A stretch of 61,873 nt of DNA, counting the filler. It is 12 parts of 12 records of this genome, joined end to end, with 100 filler letters (N's around TTAATTAATTAA, not from the genome) between each part and the next. Parts side by side here need not be neighbours in the genome. Positions count along the whole stretch, not along the records: positions 21,668 to 31,980 come from SRR15195285_2997; 11 more parts are not named here. One strand, given 5' to 3'. The position numbers were made by a program, and so were the translations under genes. Positions 22,991 to 32,080 of this stretch are shown here, one piece after another. The notes beneath the pieces are model-generated. The model had not been told where the DNA came from, made no database searches, and saw only the letters and a program-made list of their open reading frames with translations. Every line of letters begins with the position of its first letter. Position 1 is the first letter of the stretch.

Positions 22991-25900
22991 TCAACCGATG
23001 GCTCCCACTGCCAGTATCAATCCTATCACAGCGCCTTTTACGTCAGATGCGTCATCTGCATCATCGAGCGCATCCTCCACAATGCCTAGCCTTCTGGCTA
23101 TTGCCTTGAGCTCGCTTAGCTTAAGGAGCTGAAGACTTTCAGCGTTCAGCGTGGTTTGTTCTGGCTCTGGCTCTGGCTCTGGAATCTCCGACGCCGGCTC
23201 TGGTTCTGGCTCTGCAATCTGCGGCTCCGGCTGCGGCTTGGTGCTCTCCGGCTCCGGTTCTGGCTCCAGCTCCTGTGCTCTGTCTGCCTCTGCACTCACT
23301 GCCGTGGCCATGTGGTCGTCTGCAGGAAGGAACGTAATAGCGAGCGGGCGAGACGGGTGATCACGAATCAGTGCTATGATCGCAGCATAGCTCAAGACGC
23401 TACAATCGTCCCCAGCAACACCAACTACTTGCATGCCTTCTCGCAACACTGGGTGTTCTGCTGCTTGCGAATTCGGTTTGACCTCGGTGATTGTGACACC
23501 ACCATCGCGATCGTCTGTCTGAAGGCCGAGTGGGCCGGGATCCAGGAACGATACAGTGATCAATCTATCGGCTAGCGTCACTGTCTTATCGCTGATCAAC
23601 AGAACCCAGCGCGACCACCACTGATGCACATTCATGCTCACAACATTGTGCGTCAACAGTCCAGATAAGGGCTTGGTGTGAATGCCTGTGTGAGTAGCTG
23701 CGATTTGGAGGACGTCTGTTTCGATGTGGACGCTGACTTCTCCAGCACCTAAACCCAGGCTAGCGCCAAACGGCGAATTGCCTGTCGCCACCACAACGCT
23801 CGTATGCGATGGCTTCCATGCTTGACCATGGTCAAGCGGGTTTAGTTTTACACTGCTCCTGTAAGCCTTATCACCATTGACGAGCCTGATTTCCCTAACC
23901 TCGATGGGACGACTGGAACGATTCAGTAGAGCGACAACCACAATGCGTCGCCGCATGGGGTCCAAGCCAGTGTGATTGAAGTCCCAGTCATACAACATAT
24001 GCCAAAGGTGCCTATCAAAGTCAAGTTGAGACCTTGACACCCGCATGTCACGCAGCTGTTTGAAATGTGACTTGATGATTGCAGAGTTGTCAGCAAATTC
24101 CACAGGACGAAATCCGAGCTCGGCCTTCTTCTGAGCCAGAACATTTGATACACCTGTCCCCCCTGTAGCTTCATCTAGAATGGATTCGAAGTTGGACGCG
24201 AAGATCTCAAACTTGCGCGCAGTCGATTCTGTTGACCACTGTCGCTTCAGCTGCGGCACCACAGACGCCTTGACACGATTTCTAACGCTCCTGCTATCGC
24301 CCAGAACTGATTGCAGAACCGTGGAGGGAATACGTAGTTCCTGATTTTCGATGTATGCTCCTTGTGGAACAGGGAACAGATTTGGCATCCACGTCTGCAA
24401 CCGCCGAAAGCTTGCTGTGACCTGAATGTGCCGCCTAGATTGATGCTTTGAACCTCCGGTTGAAGAAATTCCTTGCACATTCAGATATTTGAGGAATAAT
24501 GTAACATCTGGCGGAAGGATTCGTTCGTGTAGTTCACTCTTCATACCATCGATGACACTCCGGGCCGTGGCAGGCTCTGACCTTCCAGAGACGTGTTCGA
24601 GGAAGTTCTTCTGCAACAAGAGACATCTAGTCAAAAACACATCGTCTGTGTCGATCTTCAAGTTCCCAACAGCTGCAACCAACTCAATCTGTGGGACGAC
24701 TGCTGAGCCTTTTTCGTGCTGCATTTTCACATCCAAAGCATGCGAGGACGAGTGCGAAATTTCCAGCACGTTTTTACCTACCCTCGCACCACTGCGATGC
24801 TTCGGATCCAGGACGCGGATGTGAGCCACTTTCACTCGTACGCACTTGAGCAACCCTGCGGGTCGAGTGGTTCTGCCCTCAATTCTACAGTTATCCATGG
24901 AGCACGTGAACACATCTCCAGATAACAGGCGTTTTTGACGCATGGGACCAGTTTCATGCCTCTGTCTGAACAGGACCATTTGAGCTAGCTGTATCTCAAC
25001 CTTACTGAACATTCCTGTCACGAAGAATGTTGACTGGGCTGAACGATTCGACATCGGGCCAGTTGAGTCTTCTTTTGCATCCTGCCTCTCGATGTCGTCT
25101 AAACCTGCATATGCCAACTCACGATCTACTGGTGCAACGATGATCAACTTTGCGACCTCTGGACTACTTATCAACATTTCGATTGAAAGCACGTGATCTT
25201 CGATACGTGTCGAGAGCTTCTGCTGCTCATCATGATCAACCAGCAAGTCCTCGGACCAAACGATTTTGTCTTTACCAACAGCACTTGGCAAACCGAACTG
25301 GCAATTCGTTATGGCACCAGATTTTGACTGTTCGCCATGTCTGTCAGGTTGAAAGTGAAGCGGGATCATGAGCCCCGGCACAACTTCTTTCCAAGCTCCG
25401 TACGTATGACCGTCGCCGCAGCGAATGAAAATGTTCTCCTTGAACTCATTGACAACTCCGAAGGTTGGTCGTATCGTAATCATTGTGGTCATCGGAAACG
25501 CCGTCGGACCACTGTCTACGATGTAATGGAGATTGTACGCAACTTGCTCACGCTTGGAAGGGAGGACGAATTTCCTTTGTCCAAGTTTGTTAATTTTGAT
25601 CGGGCAGAACGTTGACATACCTGCAGCGACTCGAATTTCTTCAGCTTTCCCCACGTCTAGACTGACAACACCACCCATATCACCCACGCCTGTAATTTCA
25701 GCAGGTGGCCAGCTGTCCCATCGCCCTGGACAGTCTAGACGAAGTTGCAGCCCTGCCTTGTTGCAGAGCCACGTGCGAGAGGACAATTCGAGCTCAAATG
25801 GACTCATGAATGTAGCCCGAACGGTCAAAAACAATTTTCCGTCTTGGTGCGGAACTCGCAAATCGATTGCCTCATAATTATCATTGCCACCATCGGCATC

Positions 25901-28900
25901 TGCAGCTAACTTAGTCGTAATGCGCTGCCACCTTCCCGTCGCAACGTGCAGGTCAACATCAAGAGCGCGATTACCACCAAAACTGTCAGAGAAGAAAGCT
26001 CCAGTCAGACCACCTTCAATTTCACGGCGTTCGAAGCCACCTCGAGAGCCACTGGATCGAAGCCCTACTCTGACAGTCTCGGGGAGGTGATTTCTCACTG
26101 TGAACGCCGGTAGCACAGTCACAAACCGTCGCAGCTTGGATGGCGAAACATGCACGCGAAAAAAATATCGTTCACCACCAGGCAGGTCAAAGCTGCCGGG
26201 TTGGTCTGCTGTCAGCTTCGGCGTTGCAAGCAACGGAGTGCCACTGAATGTGGGCATATCACATAGCGCAGCGGGGCGAACACGAATTTCTGCAGCACTT
26301 GCGATTGCCACGGGCACATCAAAGGATGTACACTTGCTCGGCACAACACCTCCAGACCACGCTACCTGTTGATCTATTGCCAAGACCTCCAGCTCCAAGG
26401 CAGTCTTGTTGGATATCACGAGAGTGCTCACACACTGGATCTTTACACGAGCTGCTTCGACATGTACGATAAATACGACCGTGACTTCCTTGCGACGACC
26501 ATCAACCTCCCGTTGCGCAACATGTGGAATCTCCATACTTCGAAAAATAGGGACTTCGCAGTGAGGTTCGTAATTTTCTAATGCCACTGAAACCGACGGG
26601 GCGACATAACCACGGGACGCGTTGCGAATTTCCGGCGTGCGCAGACCAACCGTTTCTCCGACTGCCAAGGCCACCGGCACGTCACCACCAGGCAAAATGA
26701 TGATAAGCGGAATTCCGCAGAGATTCTCGATCACACTTCTCGAATTGCATTTTCGTGCTTGCCATGATTCCGTGAGACAAGTGAGCAACGAATCAGTGAT
26801 GCTGAGTACTGGTATACAATTCTGGTATTGATCAAAATCAATGCGAGAAGCACCATCGCAGCCCTTTTCTAAGGTGACATCAATCGACGGTACTTCCCCA
26901 GCAAGGTCCGCGAACGTTCTCCACTGTCCTTCGATAAAATCCCAATGCTGCGCTCGAACATTCATTTGGGCTTTCATCTCGAACGTTACACCGTGCCGCG
27001 GCACTGGGTACTTCTGGGAGTTCAAAAAGAGAGGAGTAACCTGGCAATCGATGACAGAATGGACACATCCACCAAAATCGCTGATATATCGGGCATGAAA
27101 ATTCGTCGAATGGCCGCCTTCAGTCTGCAGCTGCAAGTAATTGCCAATCCTGACAATATCGATAAATTCCGCAGAAAGCAGAATGTACGATCGAGAGGTG
27201 TATGACAAAGGGCAGTAAATCAGTGGATCATGAATCTGAAGCCCAACTTTTGCCATACCATCCGAAAGTTTCATCATTACAGCAAGTGCTGATCTGATAT
27301 ACTCGCGTATGTCGTCTACAACTTCTTTAATGTAGACGACTTTCATTGGACTGAGCTTGATGACAGCTTTTTTCTGCTCTTGCTGATTCCCACGAGCTTC
27401 GCTGCTCTTGGATGGTAGCCGTTGAGTACTCGAGAGGCGGCCACGCGGCCAATCATCGCCAGCTTCAAGCGTTACTGTGATGAGCGTTGCATCAATATCG
27501 TCCGGCGGACCAAGTATCGTAGGATATAGAGTGTCAGGATGTCCAACGTCGTCAATCGAACACCGTGTCAGTGTACAGACTGTGCGATAAACACCGCGCC
27601 GATGGTACTGATGTTCCACTGAACCCTCTTGTAGTTGAAATGAATATTGTTGGTGGACGTCCTTGTACATTGCCGCCGTAAATCCACGGAAAGTACCTTG
27701 CATATGTAACAGAAGGGTGTCAACTTGCATCTCACCTGTTTCACGTGCGCCTGACTGTTCACTGACCGAAACAGCTGCATTGGAACTTCTTTTTAGTGCC
27801 ATAGCGCGGGTGGATGTGGGCGAAAGCAGCAGTGTCCCATCCAAAGCCCGCACGCTGAGCCAACCCTCGTCACACCGCACCCGCTGCATGTGATCTCGCG
27901 TCGTGGCTGTTTCTAAAACATTTACTACTGTGCCTCGTGTAATGTTTTGCTGCCTCGGTGATTCCAGCTCAACACCCTGCCGCACAACTGCATCGTGCAT
28001 AAGCCTGTACATCCCTTTCTGCCCCGCACCGTGCAACGCGTTTTCTGGCGGTCTCGACTGTGACTCCACAGGTACTTCTGCTGGTTCCTGTTCCGGTTCC
28101 GGTTCTGGTTCCGATTGCGACTGGAATCGTGTGGAGTGCTCTGCCTGCCTATGCAGCGCATGTTTAAGTTGCACCATGATGTCAAAGTGCCATTCAGCGA
28201 CAATCTCGGCCACTTGAAAGGTCACCACATGATCTGCGACGCGCTCATCATCTGTCGAACGTTCATATTGTACCACCACGAGGTCTTCGGTCGCACTTTC
28301 CTGGTCAATTACGCACCGAACAAACTCGCGTTCCGATGGCTGCTCGGGTCTGTGTGTGATGCTGAACCTGCGGATAGCACAAAACACGTGCTGCATTGAG
28401 CCAATATTGGCAGCAATGACCAATTCATCCATTGCAGCTGATAGCATTCGAGAGCGATCTTCCTCGAGTATCACACAGCGGCTGCGAGGACAGACCACAA
28501 TCAGTGTGCTCGGAACCTTGCGCGTTGCGCGAGGCGTCGTTTTACGTGCCAGTGACGACATCCGCTGACTACGCGTTCGCCGCACAGGCAACGATCCGCT
28601 CATTTCCCGCGCGGTCTGGATTCTGTTGCGCACATCTTGCAACACGTCCCACTGACTTGGGGTGGCCTCGAAGCACACGCTGCCAGTGTTGGCTCGTGCG
28701 CACCATCCCCATTGCGCAGCAGAAATGTCTACATTGACAGTGCATTTAGATACTAGCCCTGAATCACTGGTTCGTAATGCCAGCTCCCTTGCCCAATCAA
28801 CGGAATTCTCGCTCGCAAGCAATTGAACCCCTGACATTTTGACTTTGATAGCACTGTCGAAAATGGTGTCTGCTTTTGGTAGCTGGATTGACCCAGCACT

Positions 28901-31498
28901 CCGTTCTGACAAATTTCCAATGTCTGTGAAATCTGGCGACGGGTACTGGCCCCCGTGGTGGACATCAACTTCGAGCCTGCCGAGGTCTAATACAGCGCAG
29001 GGGCAGTCAGGAACACAACAATCACCAGGAAACAGGAAAACAGGGGTCATTATGTCAGCATGCAGATGCCAATCAGCCTGGGCAGCATTCTTCAGCTTTG
29101 ACTTCGTCTTGGAAACATCTATTTTCCTCGTAGACATACCTTCCGGATCGCCATTGTGGAAAATTTCAACAAGTTCTCGCATGATGTTTGGATTATATAC
29201 AACCTGCAGGGCGCGCGGAATTCGCACGCTGATACTGTTTGGGACATTCTCAGGGGTCAGTGTCCCGTTTATGATTACAGCTTGATTGTCATTGTGGCCG
29301 AACCGCCTTAGCTGAGCCTTCAGTTGCAGAGCAAGCTCATCAATGTCATCATCGTCCATGTCTACAACTTCGTCAATATCCACCAAATCTTCGACGCGGT
29401 GTTTGTCATCGGCGGCTGCCGGTGGGACATAAATGAATTGATCTGCGGCGAGCTGGCCGTTCTTCAATTTCACGGCCACTTGACGGAATGAGATACATGC
29501 GCCACCTTCGGAGCCACCAGTCCGCGGTGTACTTCCGTCAGATTCTGTGATTACAACGCGTGGGACATCAAGAGGGTCCACACTCGTCGATGCTGTTCGT
29601 GGCAGCCCAGACCCAGGAAGTGGAAGGTCCCCAACAAGATTGCTCCACTGCTCCGATGCTCCAGTACAATCCTGGACACGAAGGGTGTCAATGCTGAGGT
29701 CTACCTCAGTGGTATGCTGCTCGCCGTCGCCACCAGCTATTTTCCTCATAGTGTAAACTCCATCCCATTCTACTTGAATGATGTCGAGGTCATCTGTTGC
29801 AACTGTGACGCAGCTAGTTTCCAAAACTAATCGTACCGCTGCGCTACAAAATCCAGCCTGCAAGTTAATCTGATCTGGATCGAGTGGTGAGTCCATGGAG
29901 TGAAACAGGTCGTCTCGCTCAGCTTCTGTTAGAGAAGGGGCATCGCTACCCCTTTCGCGCACAGCACCTCCTCCCTGATCACTTTTCGGTTTCAGCCGTT
30001 TGAACAATTTCTGAGCTTTCTTGTCAGATTTCGCGGTTTTCATACCGCTCACAACTGCGTTTGACTCAGCTTTAGCTTGCTGCGCTCCAACTTCAGCATC
30101 TGCGATGGAACGAAATGCCATAACCACTGAGACGGGCAGTCTCCATTCCATCACTTGCAGCAGGTTCAATTGCAGGTGCAACTGGCGTTCCGTAAGTGGG
30201 CCATTTCCCGATACATGCTCAAGTTTTCGGCGGTAAGCATCGACATAGTAGCGTCGATCTCTGACCAGAGCTACGACCTGGCGCCAGCGGCTCTTCGGCA
30301 TGCCTCCAAAGCACGGGTTCTTGTCTAGAACCCTCGGATACATGCGCTGGAGCCGGCTGCGCTCTTTGAGCTCTCCAAACCTTTTCGCAAAAGCTGTCAA
30401 TTCCAAATGCTGCGCGTGTGTCACTCTAATGCTGAGGCCCCGCATTACACCCTCCACCTGATATGACTTGCTTGCTGGTGGCTCACCCAGCGTGACTTTG
30501 ACTTCGAAGGACGTTCGAGAGACAAGACACTGTCGTGACCAGTATAGTTTCTGGTATGCGTCCGTGAGCAGCAGGGCAAGGTCTCTGTCAAGCTGCACAA
30601 TTTCGCGCTCTAACTCGGCGGACCCACCGCCCTGCGCCTCCAAGCTAGCGACCCGCCGCGCCCGCCGCTCTTGTTTGGCACACATTACGGAATTCTTAGC
30701 CAAAGTCACGCCGTCCTGCTGGAGAGCCCTGCCGCCCTGCACTTTCTCTGACTTCCGTGCTATGTGGAGCATCTGGAACGCTGTTTCGACGTCCACACCA
30801 CGCTCGAGCTGAGCCAAGAGCTGTTGGTCATCGGGTGGGTTTTGCCAGTACACTTCTAGCTCGCTCATGCGCAGCAACTTTCGCCGTTCCTCTCCGTCTG
30901 CTTCTCGATCTACCCAGGTGCCATCTGCACTCCAGCTCGCGTCGGTCGAAATCACGCTCAGTTCGCGCAACGTCAGCCCAACAGCCACGCACGGCGACGA
31001 ATGCGGATCTTCGAAGCGCAGGTGCACGCCGGTCAGCCGCACTCGCAAATTTTCTAGGATTCTGCGCCCCAACCTGTCCAGATACTTGTCGGAGCTCATT
31101 TCCGCTCGGCCTTGCCTGGAGATCTCCGCGTTTTCGACCCGCGCGAGTTTGTGCTGTATGGCAGACCTGATGCGCTCCGCCAGCTCTGGATCCGGCCGGT
31201 CGTGCAGCCCCTGGTTCGTTGCTGCTAGCAGCTCCACTGTGTCGATCTCTACGACTACCGGCTGCGATGCTAAGTGCCGCCATGGCACGCGCACCACGAA
31301 CTTTCCGAGCCGTCCAGTCCGGACGGTGATGGGGAGGTTCAGCTCACTCAGGGCCTCCTCCCGCAAGCGCAGGTTGTGCTGCGTGATGGTGCCGGCCAGC
31401 AGCTGCACCTTCAGGTTCTCGGGGGTGATGCCGTCGACATACTTCCCAAAAACCTGCTGCAACTTCGCCAGCACCAGCCCCTTCGCGCCAGCGGACAT
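22991..31498 (-). CDS. VPS13: VPS13-family bridge-like lipid transfer protein (2835 aa, single exon) with SH3-like insert, C-terminal PDZ, (EP)n linker and small helical terminal module
   Basis: Chorein-N: LQQVFGKYVDGITPENLKVQLLAGTITQHNLRLREEALSELNLPITVRTGRLGKFVVRVPW..QPVVVEID; LENLRVRLTGVHLRFED; VLDLGRL; VAB/SHR-BD-type repeats (PAFTVRNHLP, RPTFGVVNE); PDZ: FLDPGPLGL..TEVKPNSQAA. Confidence 0.9.
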   Translation of the reverse strand: MSAGAKGLVLAKLQQVFGKYVDGITPENLKVQLLAGTITQHNLRLREEALSELNLPITVRTGRLGKFVVRVPWRHLASQPVVVEIDTVELLAATNQGLHDRPDPELAERIRSAIQHKLARVENAEISRQGRAEMSSDKYLDRLGRRILENLRVRLTGVHLRFEDPHSSPCVAVGLTLRELSVISTDASWSADGTWVDREADGEERRKLLRMSELEVYWQNPPDDQQLLAQLERGVDVETAFQMLHIARKSEKVQGGRALQQDGVTLAKNSVMCAKQERRARRVASLEAQGGGSAELEREIVQLDRDLALLLTDAYQKLYWSRQCLVSRTSFEVKVTLGEPPASKSYQVEGVMRGLSIRVTHAQHLELTAFAKRFGELKERSRLQRMYPRVLDKNPCFGGMPKSRWRQVVALVRDRRYYVDAYRRKLEHVSGNGPLTERQLHLQLNLLQVMEWRLPVSVVMAFRSIADAEVGAQQAKAESNAVVSGMKTAKSDKKAQKLFKRLKPKSDQGGGAVRERGSDAPSLTEAERDDLFHSMDSPLDPDQINLQAGFCSAAVRLVLETSCVTVATDDLDIIQVEWDGVYTMRKIAGGDGEQHTTEVDLSIDTLRVQDCTGASEQWSNLVGDLPLPGSGLPRTASTSVDPLDVPRVVITESDGSTPRTGGSEGGACISFRQVAVKLKNGQLAADQFIYVPPAAADDKHRVEDLVDIDEVVDMDDDDIDELALQLKAQLRRFGHNDNQAVIINGTLTPENVPNSISVRIPRALQVVYNPNIMRELVEIFHNGDPEGMSTRKIDVSKTKSKLKNAAQADWHLHADIMTPVFLFPGDCCVPDCPCAVLDLGRLEVDVHHGGQYPSPDFTDIGNLSERSAGSIQLPKADTIFDSAIKVKMSGVQLLASENSVDWARELALRTSDSGLVSKCTVNVDISAAQWGWCARANTGSVCFEATPSQWDVLQDVRNRIQTAREMSGSLPVRRTRSQRMSSLARKTTPRATRKVPSTLIVVCPRSRCVILEEDRSRMLSAAMDELVIAANIGSMQHVFCAIRRFSITHRPEQPSEREFVRCVIDQESATEDLVVVQYERSTDDERVADHVVTFQVAEIVAEWHFDIMVQLKHALHRQAEHSTRFQSQSEPEPEPEQEPAEVPVESQSRPPENALHGAGQKGMYRLMHDAVVRQGVELESPRQQNITRGTVVNVLETATTRDHMQRVRCDEGWLSVRALDGTLLLSPTSTRAMALKRSSNAAVSVSEQSGARETGEMQVDTLLLHMQGTFRGFTAAMYKDVHQQYSFQLQEGSVEHQYHRRGVYRTVCTLTRCSIDDVGHPDTLYPTILGPPDDIDATLITVTLEAGDDWPRGRLSSTQRLPSKSSEARGNQQEQKKAVIKLSPMKVVYIKEVVDDIREYIRSALAVMMKLSDGMAKVGLQIHDPLIYCPLSYTSRSYILLSAEFIDIVRIGNYLQLQTEGGHSTNFHARYISDFGGCVHSVIDCQVTPLFLNSQKYPVPRHGVTFEMKAQMNVRAQHWDFIEGQWRTFADLAGEVPSIDVTLEKGCDGASRIDFDQYQNCIPVLSITDSLLTCLTESWQARKCNSRSVIENLCGIPLIIILPGGDVPVALAVGETVGLRTPEIRNASRGYVAPSVSVALENYEPHCEVPIFRSMEIPHVAQREVDGRRKEVTVVFIVHVEAARVKIQCVSTLVISNKTALELEVLAIDQQVAWSGGVVPSKCTSFDVPVAIASAAEIRVRPAALCDMPTFSGTPLLATPKLTADQPGSFDLPGGERYFFRVHVSPSKLRRFVTVLPAFTVRNHLPETVRVGLRSSGSRGGFERREIEGGLTGAFFSDSFGGNRALDVDLHVATGRWQRITTKLAADADGGNDNYEAIDLRVPHQDGKLFLTVRATFMSPFELELSSRTWLCNKAGLQLRLDCPGRWDSWPPAEITGVGDMGGVVSLDVGKAEEIRVAAGMSTFCPIKINKLGQRKFVLPSKREQVAYNLHYIVDSGPTAFPMTTMITIRPTFGVVNEFKENIFIRCGDGHTYGAWKEVVPGLMIPLHFQPDRHGEQSKSGAITNCQFGLPSAVGKDKIVWSEDLLVDHDEQQKLSTRIEDHVLSIEMLISSPEVAKLIIVAPVDRELAYAGLDDIERQDAKEDSTGPMSNRSAQSTFFVTGMFSKVEIQLAQMVLFRQRHETGPMRQKRLLSGDVFTCSMDNCRIEGRTTRPAGLLKCVRVKVAHIRVLDPKHRSGARVGKNVLEISHSSSHALDVKMQHEKGSAVVPQIELVAAVGNLKIDTDDVFLTRCLLLQKNFLEHVSGRSEPATARSVIDGMKSELHERILPPDVTLFLKYLNVQGISSTGGSKHQSRRHIQVTASFRRLQTWMPNLFPVPQGAYIENQELRIPSTVLQSVLGDSRSVRNRVKASVVPQLKRQWSTESTARKFEIFASNFESILDEATGGTGVSNVLAQKKAELGFRPVEFADNSAIIKSHFKQLRDMRVSRSQLDFDRHLWHMLYDWDFNHTGLDPMRRRIVVVALLNRSSRPIEVREIRLVNGDKAYRSSVKLNPLDHGQAWKPSHTSVVVATGNSPFGASLGLGAGEVSVHIETDVLQIAATHTGIHTKPLSGLLTHNVVSMNVHQWWSRWVLLISDKTVTLADRLITVSFLDPGPLGLQTDDRDGGVTITEVKPNSQAAEHPVLREGMQVVGVAGDDCSVLSYAAIIALIRDHPSRPLAITFLPADDHMATAVSAEADRAQELEPEPEPESTKPQPEPQIAEPEPEPASEIPEPEPEPEQTTLNAESLQLLKLSELKAIARRLGIVEDALDDADDASDVKGAVIGLILAVGAIG

Positions 31499-31980
31499 CC
31501 GACGCCGCCAGCCTCAGGCCCGCGGCAGGACGGATCAAGTCAGCCGCCGTCTCCTGCGCCCCTACCCGAACAGCTGACAGCTTCGCAGCCCCGGCTGCCT
31601 TACCAGCATCACTAGCCAGCCACCGGCGGCAGCGTATACCCAGTTGATCCGTCCCGTAGATTGTGCGGCCGATAGCCACCGAAAGCGCCCCTGTCGTTCT
31701 GGCGGGAGTGACTGGTGGATTCGACTGACGGCAGGGATGGCACGCTATAGTGTAACGTACAGCAACAGAAGAGCTGAACACCCCACTCACTGCTCACGGA
31801 TCAGAGGGCGAGCCAGCCGTGGCTGCGCGCTGCGGAGCACCATGCCGTTTATCCACGCGACGGCGTCAAGCTTACAGTACCCTGCTGCTCGCCACCGGCC
31901 CAAACCGCGGCCATGTCGTGCACCAGGTCTTCCCAGGGAACGTCACCAGACACCAGTGAGGGCTACACCGTCTTGCTCAG

Positions 31981-32080
31981 NNNNNNNNNNNNNNNNNNNN
32001 NNNNNNNNNNNNNNNNNNNNNNNNTTAATTAATTAANNNNNNNNNNNNNNNNNNNNNNNNNNNNNNNNNNNNNNNNNNNN
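31981..32080. other. Artificial contig spacer 5
   Basis: N44-TTAATTAATTAA-N44. Confidence 0.98.
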
